Assembly: GCA_030141605.1 (NCBI GenBank)
Contig: JAQGDQ010000162.1
Location: forward strand, 1-64,000
DNA from: Tubiluchus corallicola
Lineage: Eukaryota > Animalia > Priapulida
Direction: 5' to 3'
Length of the DNA: 64,000 bases
Shown here: positions 44,827 to 58,865 of the stretch, piece by piece
Layout: every line of letters starts with the position of its first letter
Numbering within the stretch: position 1 is the first letter of the stretch
The notes under the pieces: model-generated
Databases searched by the model: none
What the model was told of the DNA's origin: nothing
What the model saw: only the letters and a program-made list of their open reading frames with translations
Program-made: the position numbers and the translations under genes

Positions 44827-45389
44827 TAAGGTGACACCATATTGTTGTGTTTGTGCATGCGTGCGTGCGTGTGTTTTCCCAAGAAAAGAAAGGCAGTATA
44901 GCAGAAGTGTTTTTCCTAGCGGCCACAAGCTTTTGCTTTGCATGTATTACCAACATAATAATATGTAGTCAAATATACTTCAGATGAATCTGATAAATAC
45001 GTTGTGATTGGCATGGATTCTCTGTTATTCATGTGGGATTTCTAGGTTAATAATATGCAATACAAATGTAGCCTAGTTGCAGTTTTTTTTGCTTACAGCA
45101 CAAGAAAACGCTCTTCATAAATAAAGCTTAAAATATTCGTCTTGAAATGTTCTATCACTTACATGCAATCTTATTGCATAATAAGCTTAGCAGTAAAATC
45201 AGTATTAGCAGTAACAATATATAAAATCTGTAAATTTAAATCCTGTTTTGTGACTGCTAGACGCAGCCATTATGAAGATAAGTCATTTGAAACAAGTTTA
45301 GGTAATTTGCATAAAGTTCGAAAAGGTAATCAGAGCATGCGTAGCACACTTTTTGCTAACTGAGCAGGAGTTTCAATTACTTTATGTTG

Positions 45390-45861
<472 letters not shown>

Positions 45862-46247
45862 TAAGGTTTACGTTAAGTCAGTCAGTCTGTCAGTCAAGGA
45901 AAGTATTTCATTTTTCCACTGGCTCCACTGGTAATATACTTTTTGTAGCTCAGTCACTCTCAGAATACTCAGTATCTTGTCTATTGCTTAATTGTGATGC
46001 TAAAATGCATAGTGAGATGAATTGCTGAGCATTTCCCACATTGTAACTTTTTAAAGCCACTCAAATATTTTGCCGGTACAGTGCTGTTAAATGGCACTTC
46101 TTATTTTTTCTAACCATGCCTTCACCAGTAGTTCCAGAGAAAATCATTAGTCATACAGTCACATTCAGAATCACGCAAGTCACCATGGTCAAATTTTTCT
46201 GTTTTAGAAGTATGTAGTTTGAAATGTTTGTTTGTTTTTGCTCACAG

Positions 46248-46428
46248 CAAAACCAACCACTGGGAGCAATTTTCCAGCCGGGAGCTGCCCAAGCGGGATA
46301 CTTCCTACCAACAATCCCACAGCAAGCTCAGCGCGGATACTTTCCAGGTCAGATGGGAGGTCCTGTTCGTGCAAATCCTCGTTGGCCAACTCAGCCGCAG
46401 ATGGCCCGACCAGCAACGCAACCTGCAG
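46248..46428 (+). CDS. PABPC1: PABP coding exon 7 (Pro/Gln-rich linker)
   Basis: QNQPLGAIFQPGAAQAGYFLPTIPQQAQRGYFPGQMGGPVRANPRWPTQ..; acceptor ctcacag, donor gttagt; phases consistent. Confidence 0.9.
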
Positions 46429-46649
46429 GTTAGTAATAGACTCGTAGAATAAAACCGTTATTTCATGAATTTGTGATAAAAATCTTTTAAAATGATTGAG
46501 AAACATTATGCTGTTATATCAAAGTCTTGCAGTAGCATCATTTGAGCTTTATTTAATTTATTTTATATTCATTTTTATGATATCACATAAAATTGCTCAA
46601 CGCTATTTCTGCAAGTAAAACAGATTCCCCATATTGCAAGTTTGAAGAT

Positions 46650-47060
46650 GAAGTTTAATTAAGTATTTCATTGGGAAATTCATGTATTTCAAAGAAGAAA
46701 CTATAGAAACATTCTAGGAATAAAATGGCCAAAGAAGATATCAAACCAGGATCTGTATAATAAAGTCAAGGCAGAGGAGTGGACAATTAAAATCAAAAGG
46801 AGAAGATTAAGATGGATAGGACACATTATACGATTACCAGGTGACAGCCCATTAAAATTAGCTTTTAGAGAAGGACTGCAGAAAGAAAAGAAACCGCAAG
46901 GATGAAAGCTGCTGACTTACATCAATTCCATCCAAAATGATCTGATCAACACATCAATAGATATCAAAAATACAGAGACACTGAGGTTACAGGTGACAAG
47001 GCAGCAAGGAATAAAGTGATTGCGAGGGTCATGTCAGAGGACGTGTGACACAAGAGCTGA
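46650..47060 (+). mobile_element. 3' fragment of RTE-clade non-LTR retrotransposon
   Basis: Reads VFQRRNYRNILGIKWPKKISNQDLYNKVK..IKIKRRRLRWIGHIIRLPGDSPLK, the typical RTE ORF C-terminal motif; contains stops. Confidence 0.7.
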
Positions 47061-47111
47061 TAAAAATGAATTAAGTATTTATTGTACTAATGTTTCTTGT
47101 TTATAATACAG

Positions 47112-47377
47112 GTTTTCAAGTTGTGCAGGGCCAGGGAGGTCTGCGAGGTCCTCGAGCAGCTGCCCCTGCAGTACGAACACCAGCTGTTGCTGCTGCTGCA
47201 AATGCTGCGCGACCCATCACTGGACAGCAGGCTGCCACACAGAGGGCTGTTTCCATGGGAACAGCTCCGCAGCCGGCTAGGATTCCGCAACAGCCAGCTC
47301 AAGCTCGTCCGAGTTACAAGTACACTGCAACTGTCCGCAATCCCGTTCAGCCAGGAACACAACCACAGATGCAGCCG
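47112..47377 (+). CDS. PABPC1: PABP coding exon 8 (linker)
   Basis: (G)FQVVQGQGGLRGPRAAAPAVR..ARPSYKYTATVRNPVQPGTQPQMQP; donor gtaagt. Confidence 0.9.
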
Positions 47378-47771
47378 GTAAGTTCACTATGGAGTTTTGA
47401 TGATAATGGTTACTTTGTGTCATTACGTATGAGAAGTTGAACGTTTTCAGTTTAACCAACAGTACCTGTAAACTTGGTGTGACGTACTTGGGCATCTCAG
47501 AAAGCATGTAACTACATTCTGTGTCACCATAATCACTAAAACTGCAAAATCATTCGATTCAAAGATAACTTTTAACTCGATTTGGTTAAATAAGGATGGT
47601 GATGATCTTGCTTATTTTTTTTTTAATTTGCTGTACTGCTTTTAATAAAAAAAATCTATGATATAGTAGGGCTTTGTTGATATACTTTGTGTAGTGGATC
47701 AGCAGTTTCAACATCTACATCAGCATCAATACTTATTTTTCAATAATCTTTATAATTTGTTTCATTTGCAG

Positions 47772-48002
47772 CCGCCACCGGCCCAGCCTGCCGTGCACGT
47801 TGTCGGACACGAGCCGCTAACGGCCAGCATGCTCGCTGCGGCTCCACCGCACGAGCAAAAGCAGATGCTGGGTGAACGCCTCTTCCCACTTATCCAGTCC
47901 ACTCACACGGATCTGGCTGGGAAGATTACCGGCATGTTACTGGAAATAGACAACAGTGAACTGCTTCACATGCTGGAAGACCAGGATGCTCTGAAGTCGA
48001 AG
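47772..48002 (+). CDS. PABPC1: PABP coding exon 9 (MLLE/PABC domain)
   Basis: [72 protein letters not shown]. Confidence 0.97.
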
Positions 48003-48817
48003 GTTTGTTTCCAAATAATATTATGTAGAAGAAGGTGACATCTGATGTCAATCAATCAATTTATTTCACTCCAACAATACATGTACAATACATCAACATA
48101 CAATATTATTGAAACAAAAAAAACAGTATAGGTAAAAAAACGTTGATGAAGTCAAATTAACCAAATAAAAGAGTTGCTGTATGACACCTTGAAAGCTTGG
48201 CTTGTTAAGGTGGCACAAATGAGTGAATGAAAGAATGGTTAGGGTTAGTAGACATGATGGAATGGAAAAAAATAGTAAGATTATGGATAGGAAGAAGGAA
48301 AAGAGGAGAAGAAACGAGCATGTAACGAGCAAGAAACGAGATGTTGTATGCAAGCGTATATAACTGCTTTGCTGCCTACTTACTCTTTTCAGTCTTGGGT
48401 CTTAAGTAACTAGCTACGACTGTTTAAATTGAACAAATTTTTACAAAAATTAAGGTCTCCCTTATTCATATTAGAGAAATCATACTAATTGTAGCGACTT
48501 TTCAACTGCAGACTAAACTAATGCTCCTCTCAATAATTTGAAAAACGTTTTTTTTTTACAAAAAATGCGTGGTGCACCGTTTTTGTTTCGTGTTCATACT
48601 TCAAGCTTTAAATTTCTTTGACTGTAAAACTTAAAAGACAAGACGAGGGGTACCAGAAGTAGGTTTGAGAAAAATCACCTTAAAAAATTATATTACTTTA
48701 TAGCAATTTTATGCGTACATCGCGCTCGCATTGTAAGGATTTTTTGTTTGTTTTCATTTTAAATCTCCCGCAGTACTGTTCTGACCATACCATTACATGT
48801 GAGACAATGTGTAAATC

Positions 48818-49040
48818 AGAGAAGAAAAGGGAACATTAAACTATGTCCCAAAAAAACTCTGTGGAAAGTTATATTACTCAGCATTGCGCTTATGTGCTCG
48901 AAAGACTTGCGTAACTAGAAAAGAAAATTATTTATCATTTAAAATGTTTTCAACAATTGGTAAAATGTCATTGACTCACCTCCAGGGTGCACCACTCACT
49001 AACCAAAAAACATTTTTAATCTTATTGTCAAGGTACAGTA
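48818..49040 (+). mobile_element. Dispersed repeat copy 3 (Kolobok/T2-MITE-like)
   Basis: AGAGAAGAAAAGGGAACATTAAACTATGTCCCAAAAAAACTC..AAAGTTATATTACTCAGCAT.. aligns with copy 1. Confidence 0.6.
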
Positions 49041-49585
49041 ATGTAAAATTCTACTTTGATAGTGACGTGTACGCTACAAATACTCTAATGACTTTTCCAA
49101 ACTCTCCTCAGTGTTTTCTAAATTTGTTTCAAATGTGTCCATCGGTCATTGTGGGTGTTTAAATTTACGTGCTTTATGCAGTGTTACATACTGCCCATGC
49201 AAGCCCTATATGTAAAAAGGTAGTATATGAGTAATATAAAATTTCAAAACTAATTCTTTAAGCTTTGTGTGTGGAGAGTTTTCTTGTGCGTTAATAAGTC
49301 ACTGTTGAGACATTTATGCAGAATTTTCTTAAGATTATTCCTTACCATTATGTTGTGAGATAATTTTAGCCACACTTTTCGGCTTGGCTGCAATTTGAGT
49401 TGACAAACATTTTACTTTGCTCATTTATAAATTATTTCAGAAATCAGATCTAAGCAAAGTCGTGTCTCAGTTTCAAAGCATCTTTCATATCATGCACTGT
49501 CTGTACTATTAAAGTTTGAAGCATTCAGGAATTCCTTACTTGACTACTAGTGGTAGTATTTTTAAATATTACAACTCGTTTCTAG

Positions 49586-49663
49586 GTTGAGGAAGCGGTC
49601 GCTGTACTGCAGGCTCACCAGGCCAAGGAAGCGGCTGCAAGCAAGAAAGCTGCAGAGCAGTAG
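49586..49663 (+). CDS. PABPC1: PABP last coding exon
   Basis: VEEAVAVLQAHQAKEAAASKKAAEQ-TAG; the spliced CDS totals 1941 nt = 646 aa; AATAAA at 50058. Confidence 0.95.
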   Translation, partial: VEEAVAVLQAHQAKEAAASKKAAEQ

Positions 49664-52600
49664 ACGTCATTAACGATGGAAAGAACCAACATTTGCTGCA
49701 TTGTTGAAGCAATACTTGACTTCGAGGATCGAAATACAAAAATACATGAAAGAGCCTGCCTATATGAATCAGCTTGGTGTTTATTAAGCACAGACGAGCG
49801 TTTCGACAGCCAAACAAAAATAAGCAATCAGTACATTTATGACACTACAAAAACTAGTAAGGTTTAATTTCTAGCACTGATAATGACAGTTGCTGTTGAA
49901 ATAATCGTCTGCACTTCATAAATACCGTGTTGCACTGCGAGAAAGGCAGATTGGAGCTTGGATTCGAAAAAAAGTAAATTTCAAATCCATTGTTACAAGT
50001 TTGGCTTCAAAAGTTTTGTGAAAGTGGGTTCCCTCCATCGTTAACCAGTAATCTTGAAATAAAGATTATTAATGATTAAGTAGATATTGGTCTTGCTGCA
50101 TCACCAGCACATCCTCGTCACTAGTCCATCGATTCACACTAGAACAAAAGGCTGATAAACTTTAGGCAATTTGCTCTTTGCGTAAGTTTGTTTTTTTGCA
50201 AAAATTTCTCGCCTAGTTGAAGAAAACATAGCTTTAATTGCTTACTTTTTTTATAAAATGTGATTTTTGAACGCACCGTATCATTGGTCGCATTAAACAA
50301 AAAGCTGGTTTATTTTCATAACTGGCATGGGATGCTTCACTTTATTTTTCTATGCCGTTGTATATGCACGCTTGCAAGCATGACTTTTAACAGTTTCCTA
50401 ATTTTTGTTTATGCTCTAGCAAATTTCATTTACTGCGTGATTCATTGGACTAGGTATGTGGATGTAATATAGAACATGGTTTGAAAAAAAGAAAAATGTT
50501 TGTTAAAAATAGCAAAAATGTTTGTGAAAAGTAAAATGAGGAATGTTGAAGACTGCATACTTGCCAGGTTAAGACAGAGTTGTTCTCAAGTCTGTTTTGA
50601 AATTTTAGAAAATTTGGGTTTTGCAGAAGCTTGTCTGTTTTTTCCTAGCAAGTCTTGTGTCTTCTTGTAATGTGCGACTTTTGAAGTTTGAAATAATAAT
50701 AATAATAATACGTATTGTAACAAAAAGTTTTAACCAGTGGCGCCATTAGTCACTGAGCTTTATCACTAAAAAAGTATAAAAAATGTAAAATATGAAACAG
50801 AAATTAAAATTATTTTGTCAACCAAATCTCACCTCCCAACTCGCTTCTGCCAAAGTGATTTGGTTTGGAGGAACTGGGAGTGTTTGTGGGAGTTTACCAA
50901 GGCGTTGTTGAAAATCCTGCGCAAAACTGTTTCCCTTGACTTACCTCATGTTTAACAAACCACTTTGCCAATTCTATTGCAACACTGGGACAACAAAGAG
51001 ATTTCAAAGCCAAAGATGGCTTCCTTACATTCACTGCATGAAACACTGGGTACCAGTTTGTGCCGCCAGAATGCGGTCGAAGTCGATGATTTCCTTGTCC
51101 ACATCAAATTACATTCCCTGTAACATTTTATGGTACCTTAAATCAAAAAATGTGCTTTCCAATGCAGACATATCCAGTTCTTTATTCTTCGTAACAAATG
51201 GTCATTTGTTATGAAGAATAAATGGTCAAAATTGTTGAGATGTCCATAGATCATTCTATGGTCAAATTTGTTGAGAAATTACAACTTTAGTCTCTGTTTT
51301 TTTTTTGGTGCTTTGTTTTATTAGAAACTCCTGTTTACAAGGTTCTTCTGTTTAGATGGGTTTTAATACAAAAACAGGCATGTATTTCAGGTCTGGTTCT
51401 TTGTCTATGTTGACTTCACTTGTATCGGATGCCACTTTAATTTTCTGGTGGTCAAATAAATTAATTAATAAAATGTTGTTGTGTGTTGTTATTTTTGGAA
51501 GTTTTGTTGTGCTCATTCGCTCGACGAAGTCTTTTCTAGGCGTCTTTCAAATGCTTTACTTTCTTTGTGAAAATTGCTTTTTACTTAATAATTTATCAAG
51601 ATTGGGTTGAGTAATTGATGCAGTGAGGGGAAGACGACATCATATTATACGATTGTTACGTTTTTCACTGCAGGTAAGCCAAAGTTGTACATCAGTTTAA
51701 AATTTAGAAAACGATGTTAGTGGACCTAAAAATGTTGATTGTCTTTATATTTACCTTTTAGTACTGACTAACTGGACTTTTCATTGTTATCTACAGAAAT
51801 AAGAATAATGCAGGTCCATTAATTACATGTATACGTTTCATTACAGTCAATAAATTACTACACTACTATTATTGAGTGTAGCTGACAACACATTTTTTTG
51901 TTCCCACAACACTTAAAGAGAAACATTTGCTTTACAACTGTTAGTTAAAGAAATAGGTGCTGAAAAGTTGAGTCAATTTGGATTTGAACCCAAGACCCAT
52001 GCTTTCATGGCACACTGTAGCTACTGACTTGACATGGTAAAACTGGGGCGATATATATGTATTGCTGCATTTCAATACACACCTACATAGTATTTATTAT
52101 AATTATGTAAAAACAGAAATTATGACATTATGTAGACAAGATGGCATGCTAAAGGTGTATGAGAAAGTGCAGTAAAGACCATCAACTACCGGGCCTTAGT
52201 GTTGTAATTATTTATGATAATAAATATAATTGATCTATAAAAATGTAAAATAATAAATTTTATCCCGATTAAATAATACTAAAAAAGTGGTAACAATAAT
52301 TATGCAAGAAGACCGTGAGTTTAACAATAGCACAATGCGCATCACACATTCAATAATCGTTGATAAATTGTAAGGATGTGCTTTTGTGATTTCCCAAATT
52401 CCAATGACTGTGATTCTGAGTGTGATTGAGCGAGAGTCAGTTCGTAGAAAAAGGGAACTTTTATCGAGAGCAATAGATGCCGTGAGTACCGTTTACTAAA
52501 TCGAAAGATCTCCCGTACTTGCTCACACGAAGTTAAGAAAACAATTGTTCACTCAGAGTTAACAATATTGAGTGTATTTTCTGCTATTTCTCTTGTTACT

Positions 52601-53094
52601 AAAGAACATACTTGTTTTGTTCTTTTTCTTTTCGTAAATGTGCGGCCCATGAATTTGTCTTTTAAATGGTAATAATTAAGGTTATGAAGATTTTTATTAT
52701 TGTTGATTTGTTTTGAATGCGTCACCCAGAATTTTGTCAAATTTCAAATTAACGATTATGGCTAATGAATTAGAATGAATGTTTGATTTCTTTTTTTCGG
52801 CACTCTGTGCGCAGCCTAGGTCTAGCAGTATCAATATTCGCCGAGTAATCGAGTGTTCGATGTCGTGGATTGGCTCAATGAGCTTGTTAGTCTACTGCAT
52901 TAGGCTACTGTTTGCTTATACAAAGCAAAAAAATAATTGCTTAAAATTATTACCAGACTGAGCAGCGATATAAGAATATTGTAACCTTCCGTCAGAAGCT
53001 TAGTACTTGTTTTTCCGGTCAGCTTCCTTAATCTAAATTAACTTGCTATGTAACTATATTTTGTAACTTGCACCCAACCACAAAAATATTTTAT

Positions 53095-53360
53095 TGTAAA
53101 TTCTATCTCACATACATAGAAAGATTGAAGTATTGCAGTTTGACTGCACTTGAATTAACAAGACACCATGGAGATCTTATTGCGGGTTATGAAATACTGA
53201 CTAGGAAAACTGGAGGACGTAGTTTAAAACTTTTTAATGAGTGGTCAGTGTTCGTTGATATTAATTTACTGTGATAGTATTTAACAAACGGAATAATTTA
53301 CCAACCGTGGTGATTGCCGCACTAGTCCTAGTAAAGTCTAAATCTTTAGTTGAAGATTAC
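53095..53360 (+). mobile_element. CR1-clade LINE 3' fragment
   Basis: LTYIERLKYCSLTALELTRHHGDLIAGYEIL resembles CR1 LSYEERLKxLGLxSLExRRLRGDLIxxYKI. Confidence 0.6.
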
Positions 53361-54574
53361 TTTGTGAGAAATTATTGAGCTTCTGTGAGTATTCTCGCTT
53401 AACCCCTAATCTCGACAGTGTAACAGCCCAACCCTAGACTAAAATTTAATAGGAACAACTGTAACCCCCAACCGAAACCTAGTCAGTATAGTTTTAGGGA
53501 AACCTTTTATTATACATGTAGCAACATGGGTAAGCTGAGTATGAAGCATATAATCAAGCAGACTAGAATTCACTAAGGAAGTGCACTCGTCGGCGCCAGG
53601 AACCGCACTGAAGGTTTTGGTTCATGGTACGGTTCAATGCTGATTACCAGGATGTGATTAATGGCATTGTTATGAGAAAATGAAATAGTGTCCGGTTACA
53701 TTTCGTCCCTCCCTCCCTAAAGTCTCGGACCCATCTGCGAGACAACATCGCATCCAGCAGACAAGATAAGTGCATCATGGTACATTCTGATTGCAACATG
53801 ATGATGTTGCATAGATACTATGAGTCAAGACATGCCAGACAAGGTGTGAATCATGAAAATTCGATGGGGGCACATCATATAAAATGAGATGTAAAGACTT
53901 TCAAGGTAGATTAAACTGCCTGTTTCATTAGGAACATAAGCATATTTTTTTATCAATAACAGATGTGATGATATAGATGATATTAATTGCTTAGTATACT
54001 TGAATAATCATCCATAGACACATTTCTCTAAACAAAAATTATCTAATTATCTATTTGTGTTAAAGTACATTCATTGTCATCTGGTATTTCAATGAATATA
54101 TGATTACATTATTTAACTTATCCCGCAATAATTTACAGAGCTGGTAGTGACCAGAGATAAAGCTCAGACATGCAGTCCTCTGAATTAGTAAAATGTGCCG
54201 ATCCATTATTCAAATATGCGATTATTCAACAAAAATCAATAGAAACCTGGATTGTGACGGAGTGTCATTTTTCTTTGCATTTAAATATTATGTCTATTGC
54301 GAAAGTTGAATATTGTACTTCATTTTGGACTTGCAAATAAGTTGTTTATGCTACCGAAGTGTTTGGAAAAATGAATGAAAACCATTCTTTATCAAGACTG
54401 TAGTTTGTTGTTTGTGTTAGTTCATAACTTCACTCTATAATATGGTGCAGTCATAATGTACAATACGCGAACACAACAACATTAAACTTCTGTTTACAAA
54501 ATCTAAAGTATATTCATACAGTAATGAAACTGCCATTGTTGAACGTTATGAAAAGTTTTGTTCATCTTTTTCAG

Positions 54575-54611
54575 GATTCTTCTGAGGGATTGGTGCCTGT
54601 AAATTTTGCAG
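54575..54611 (+). CDS. PRDM gene, small upstream exon (37 bp)
   Basis: Acceptor ctttttcag, donor CAG/gtaagt; DSSEGLVPVNFA(G) is in phase with the next exon; the start codon exon is not certain. Confidence 0.6.
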
Positions 54612-55198
54612 GTAAGTTTCGTGGTTTATTTTAGTTAATTCTTTATCCACTTGGTGGCAAACTCAGCTGTCAATTAGATATCTATCAATCACATGAAGAT
54701 TAGGTTCCATTTAATTTTTAGTTAAGTACATGTAACCGTAAATTTTTTAACTTGCGTGTTTTCAAATCTTGTGCATTTTGCTTTTGATGGTATTACGATT
54801 TCTAATAGAGTGCATTTTTATACTGTTTTTTCATAAGTTTTAGGTGTTTTTATTTGATGAATTTGTAAGTTTATTTCAGTATTATTGCTTAGCGACAGTC
54901 AACTAATAATCTTAAAATTAAGACTAGAATTACGATCTCTGAATTAATTACAGAAGGTCTAATTAGTATTTTACTGTAGCATGAGCAATCCAATAGCTGG
55001 AAACGCTAGACTTGTTGATAAGTGATTAACATTCGCTTAAGACCTGCCTTAATTACAAGGGAGTGTGTGGTATAATTGTTGTGCGTCAGACTTGAAATTC
55101 AAAAGTCAATGTTTCAAATCCAAGTTCAGCTCCGACTTTTTACATTTTTATTTCATGTTCACTTGGTCATTAAGTGTTTTTCGTTGTTATTCTTCCAG

Positions 55199-55452
55199 GT
55201 TGTAATGTGTGTGGCGAGGATCACGACACGGAGCAATGCGTACATTTAGGTTTGACACCAGTGCCTGATGTAACATCCCACATGAGCAGCAGAGCTCGGC
55301 TTACTTTACCGTACACATTAAAGCTGTCGTCTGAAACTACCGGACAAATTGGTGTGGTGGCCAGGCAATCCATCCCCGCTAAGACGCAGTTTGGCCCTTA
55401 TGAAGCCAAACGCGTGTTACAGATTGAGAAGGCAAACACGTTTCCATTAGGG
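55199..55452 (+). CDS. PRDM10/15-like protein: PR zinc knuckle plus N-half of PR/SET domain
   Basis: CNVCGEDHDTEQCVHLG knuckle, SRARLTLP, GVVARQSIPAKTQFGPYEA; acceptor cttccag, donor gtaaga. Confidence 0.9.
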
Positions 55453-56637
55453 GTAAGAGTGTTAAACCTTTCAACCTGTAAGAATTGTTATACATAATTA
55501 AAGAATTATTCTCTTTTTTACCATAGTTTAGTACTTTGATATACATCATGTCTACATTTCTGCTTTGAGTAAAAAATAGGTTTACATTTGATTTAAAGAG
55601 AAAGATCAGAGACGTTGAAATAACTAGGCTTATCAGCTTGCACATTCTTGCTTGTTTAAATTCTAATTCCTTGAAAACATAGGTAATTTGGATAAACAGT
55701 CAAATAACTGCCATGACAGGCTTACAATGCTAGCATGTATTGTGGCTTAGAAAATGTTTATTGCAAAACTATTCGCAATGTAGTGCACTATTTGCACTGC
55801 TGGTGTTTTTTTACGTATTGTAAGTGGTTAAAACAAACTCAGTTCAATATCCTAATATAAGATTGACAATTAAAATGATCGATCCAAGTTCCTCTCACTT
55901 AAGCGTAGTCGTAAACAGTTTTAGTCTTCTTAATGAGAAAAATGTGCATCTTTTGTATAGTAAGTAGTTGCTAACATAATTGTACAAATGGCTATACATT
56001 TAGGACATGCATGGAACTAGCAGTACGTTAGACTCTACTTGATACATACTTTTGTTCATTGCGCATTTGTGCTGTATTGTCTTTGCGTAGTCTCCAATGG
56101 TTCACATATAAAAAGTCCACAGCTAAGTGGCAGAATAACAAGAAAAGAAATATATTAGAAAAATTACATAGTTGTGATCAGTAGTATTGGGAATCGACCT
56201 GTACTGTGCACGGATATCCCATATTGAACAGATATCCCAGCGCCTAAGCCTAGCTGCTTCAGCATTGATCGTCTGCAATTTCTTTTGCTAAGTAACTGTT
56301 CAATTTGTGTAATTTATCATACATATTCTTTAAAATACATTTGTTGCTATTGACACTGCAATTAAATGGCAGAAACAGGTGGCAAAGTGTGTAAAATCTT
56401 ACACTTATTTTATTAAGCAGTTATCAATTTTGTTAATTTATGATCGAGCGCTTACGGCTGACTGAATTTTGATTAATCGGAACGCCACTAGTGATGATGC
56501 CAAGCCTTCAACAACTGTGCATCCGTATATTTTGATATTTGCTGGCAGGCGCTATTTATTCCTGTAAAATCTCGATGCTTTTATTAAAGTTGGATTCTGT
56601 TTACGCTTTCCATGTGTAAACATCTTTTCCGTTGCAG

Positions 56638-56887
56638 ATAATGTCCGGCGAAGGAGGGATCGTTTACCTGGATTCAAGAAACGAGAACGATTGCAACTGG
56701 ATGTGTCTGGTCAGACCAGCAGAATCTGCAAAATTACAGAACTTGATTGCCTATCAGTTAGGCTGCGAAGTGTTCTTCACGGCAACCCGAGAGATTGCAA
56801 AGAACGAGGAGCTAAGAGTCTGGTACGCGCCGGCATATGCTAAAAAGTTGGGACGTCCGACTTTTCCAGTTTCTTCACATAACACTG
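56638..56887 (+). CDS. PRDM10/15-like protein: C-half of PR/SET domain
   Basis: YLDSRNENDCNWMCLVRPAESAKLQNLIAYQLGCEVFFTATREIAKNEELRVWYAPAYAKKLG is a classic PR-domain signature. Confidence 0.93.
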
Positions 56888-57109
56888 GTAGGCCACAGGT
56901 TTTGTAGAAGTGACGTAAAGTTTATGTCAAATCTGGCAGGACTGAGCTGTAAAATAGACACCAGTCATGACAGGTTTTTAGTTGCAATTTATAATCAAAG
57001 AAAGCTTTTAGATTTTCTCTATTTTTGTTACATTTTGTTTCAAAACTTAAAGTGTTTTTCGTGCTGGTATTTCAGTTAGGTACCAGATGTAGATATTATT
57101 TTTATTTAT

Positions 57110-57438
57110 CTCCTTTAACTTACCTTGAATACACGGTAACACATACAAGATATACAGAATGTCATAGAAAAAAGGTTGGTGGCGAAAGACCAATGGTTAT
57201 CGAGTCAATCTTAATTAAAGACAAAAAATAAATGATGCCAATGACAGTCAAATTAGAAAAAAATTAGGAAAATACAAAATTTTTTCTAATTTGTCTGTCA
57301 TTGGCATCATACAAACAGTTTGTTTATTGTTTGTCTCAATTGAGAAGGGTGATGGAGTCAATAACCATTGGTTTTCACCACCTTTTCTGCTATGTCCTTC
57401 TGCATGTGTTAACGTGTATTCAAAGTAAATTAAAGGAG
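57110..57438. mobile_element. Foldback MITE-like imperfect palindrome (about 330 bp) in PRDM intron
   Basis: CTCCTTTAACTTACCTTGAATACACGGTAACACAT ... ATGTGTTAACGTGTATTCAAAGTAAATTAAAGGAG; inner ATGATGCCAATGACAG / CTGTCATTGGCATCAT. Confidence 0.75.
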
Positions 57439-57679
57439 TGTCAAATATAACTAAACAAAAAACAAGAAAAAGAAGAAATGGCAAAATAATGAAGGGATTT
57501 GTCTGAGTGAACCTTATGCATTTAAACATCAAGATGCCGTAGTTCTTTAGTATCTAAGATTAATAATTTTTACGTATAACAACGTAACACAGATAGTGAT
57601 TGTTTTCGCATATGAAATGAAAATATTTTGTATGTTTAATTGTATCAATTTTTTGGGCAAGTTGAATAAACACGTGGTT

Positions 57680-57730
57680 ACAAGTTAATAAATGCTGGGC
57701 CTGGTTAGTAAACAGACGGGTGACCATTGG
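57680..57730 (+). mobile_element. 5S rRNA-like segment, probable SINE fragment
   Basis: GGGCCTGGTTAGTAAACAGACGGGTGACC resembles the 5S internal control region GGGCCTGGTTAGTACTTGGATGGGAGACC; not a full 5S gene. Confidence 0.4.
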
Positions 57731-58053
57731 AAAAACTACTTCTGAATGGTTCTTTCTATGCTACCTCTGTCTATTTCTGAATGTTGCCAAGACATTTTTG
57801 TCTCACAAGATTATCTTGAGAATTAGCCAACTTCGGGTCTTGCATTCAATAAGTCCTGCTATTAACATCTGGATCTTGGCTTGCAGATGTGGCCTCATCC
57901 AATGATTGTGCCACTATTGACTAACCTCATTCTTGTTCGATTTCAATCACTAAGCATGTGCTATGACCACTCAGTTAGTCCCGCCTTTCTTGTTATTTTC
58001 TTGGCACTTTTGTTGTCATTTTTAGCATTAAATGATTTCCGTATAATATGTAG

Positions 58054-58173
58054 GTAATCTGGCGATGGTAAAGGGTGACACACACGTGGAAGTAAGAATC
58101 AATTCACCTTCCGATGCTGTCAACTTGCAAGTCAAGCGTCTGACATGCGGCAAATGTAACATGGTCTTTACAG
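58054..58173 (+). CDS. PRDM gene exon (120 bp) with first half of a C2H2 finger
   Basis: (G)NLAMVKGDTHVEVRINSPSDAVNLQVKRLTCGKCNMVFT; splicing to 59165 completes CGKCNMVFTAVPDLADHLMRH. Confidence 0.85.
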
Positions 58174-58633
58174 GTAATTAGCTTGCAGTTGCTTGTTTTT
58201 GATATAAACTGGTATTAATAGTGATGTTATATATTTAATTGAATTTTTGGGTAATTTGCTGGCATCTTTGTAACTCAGCAAGATAAATCAAACTATTGTT
58301 CCAATTCTGCAAATGATTGTTATTTGATTCTGTGATTTTTTAAAATTCTTGTGAAACTGACCAGCTGATATCTATTCAATAAAATAAATATGGATGCAGT
58401 GCTTCAGAAACAATTAGTTAGCTCTATGATGCGAAACTAAAATTACTGATACTGTTCGAAAATTTAATCAAAGTGTTTGCAAAACAATGACTTAATTTTC
58501 TGTAAAGAGAGCCAAAATCCACACTTCAAAGCAGCACGTATTTTTATCAGAGGTTCACCAGCAGTAGGTAATTCACACTTGTGCAATATATGACTTTTGT
58601 AAAAATGTGTTAAAAGAACGGGACTGATTTATC

Positions 58634-58865
58634 TTAAAGGGAAAGAAAAGGCAATTTTAAAGTATGTACCAAAAAGCTCTCCACACAAAGTTATACCACT
58701 TAGTATTACACTTTACTTCTTGAAAGACGTGTAAGTTCATGAGTTGAAAAGGAAAATTCTTAGTAACTTAAAATATTCACATCAACTGGTAAAATGTCAC
58801 CTTCCCAATGTGCACCACTGACTCACCAAAAACAGATTTTTAATCTTAGTGACATGATACAGTTA
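58634..58865 (+). mobile_element. Dispersed repeat copy 4 (Kolobok/T2-MITE-like)
   Basis: TTAAAGGGAAAGAAAAGGCAATTTTAAAGTATGTACCAAAAAGCTC.. aligns with copy 1. Confidence 0.65.

Noticed and set aside
51975-52030. tRNA-like B-box sequence (GGATTTGAACCC)
   Set aside because: No cloverleaf can be folded; at most a decayed SINE head.
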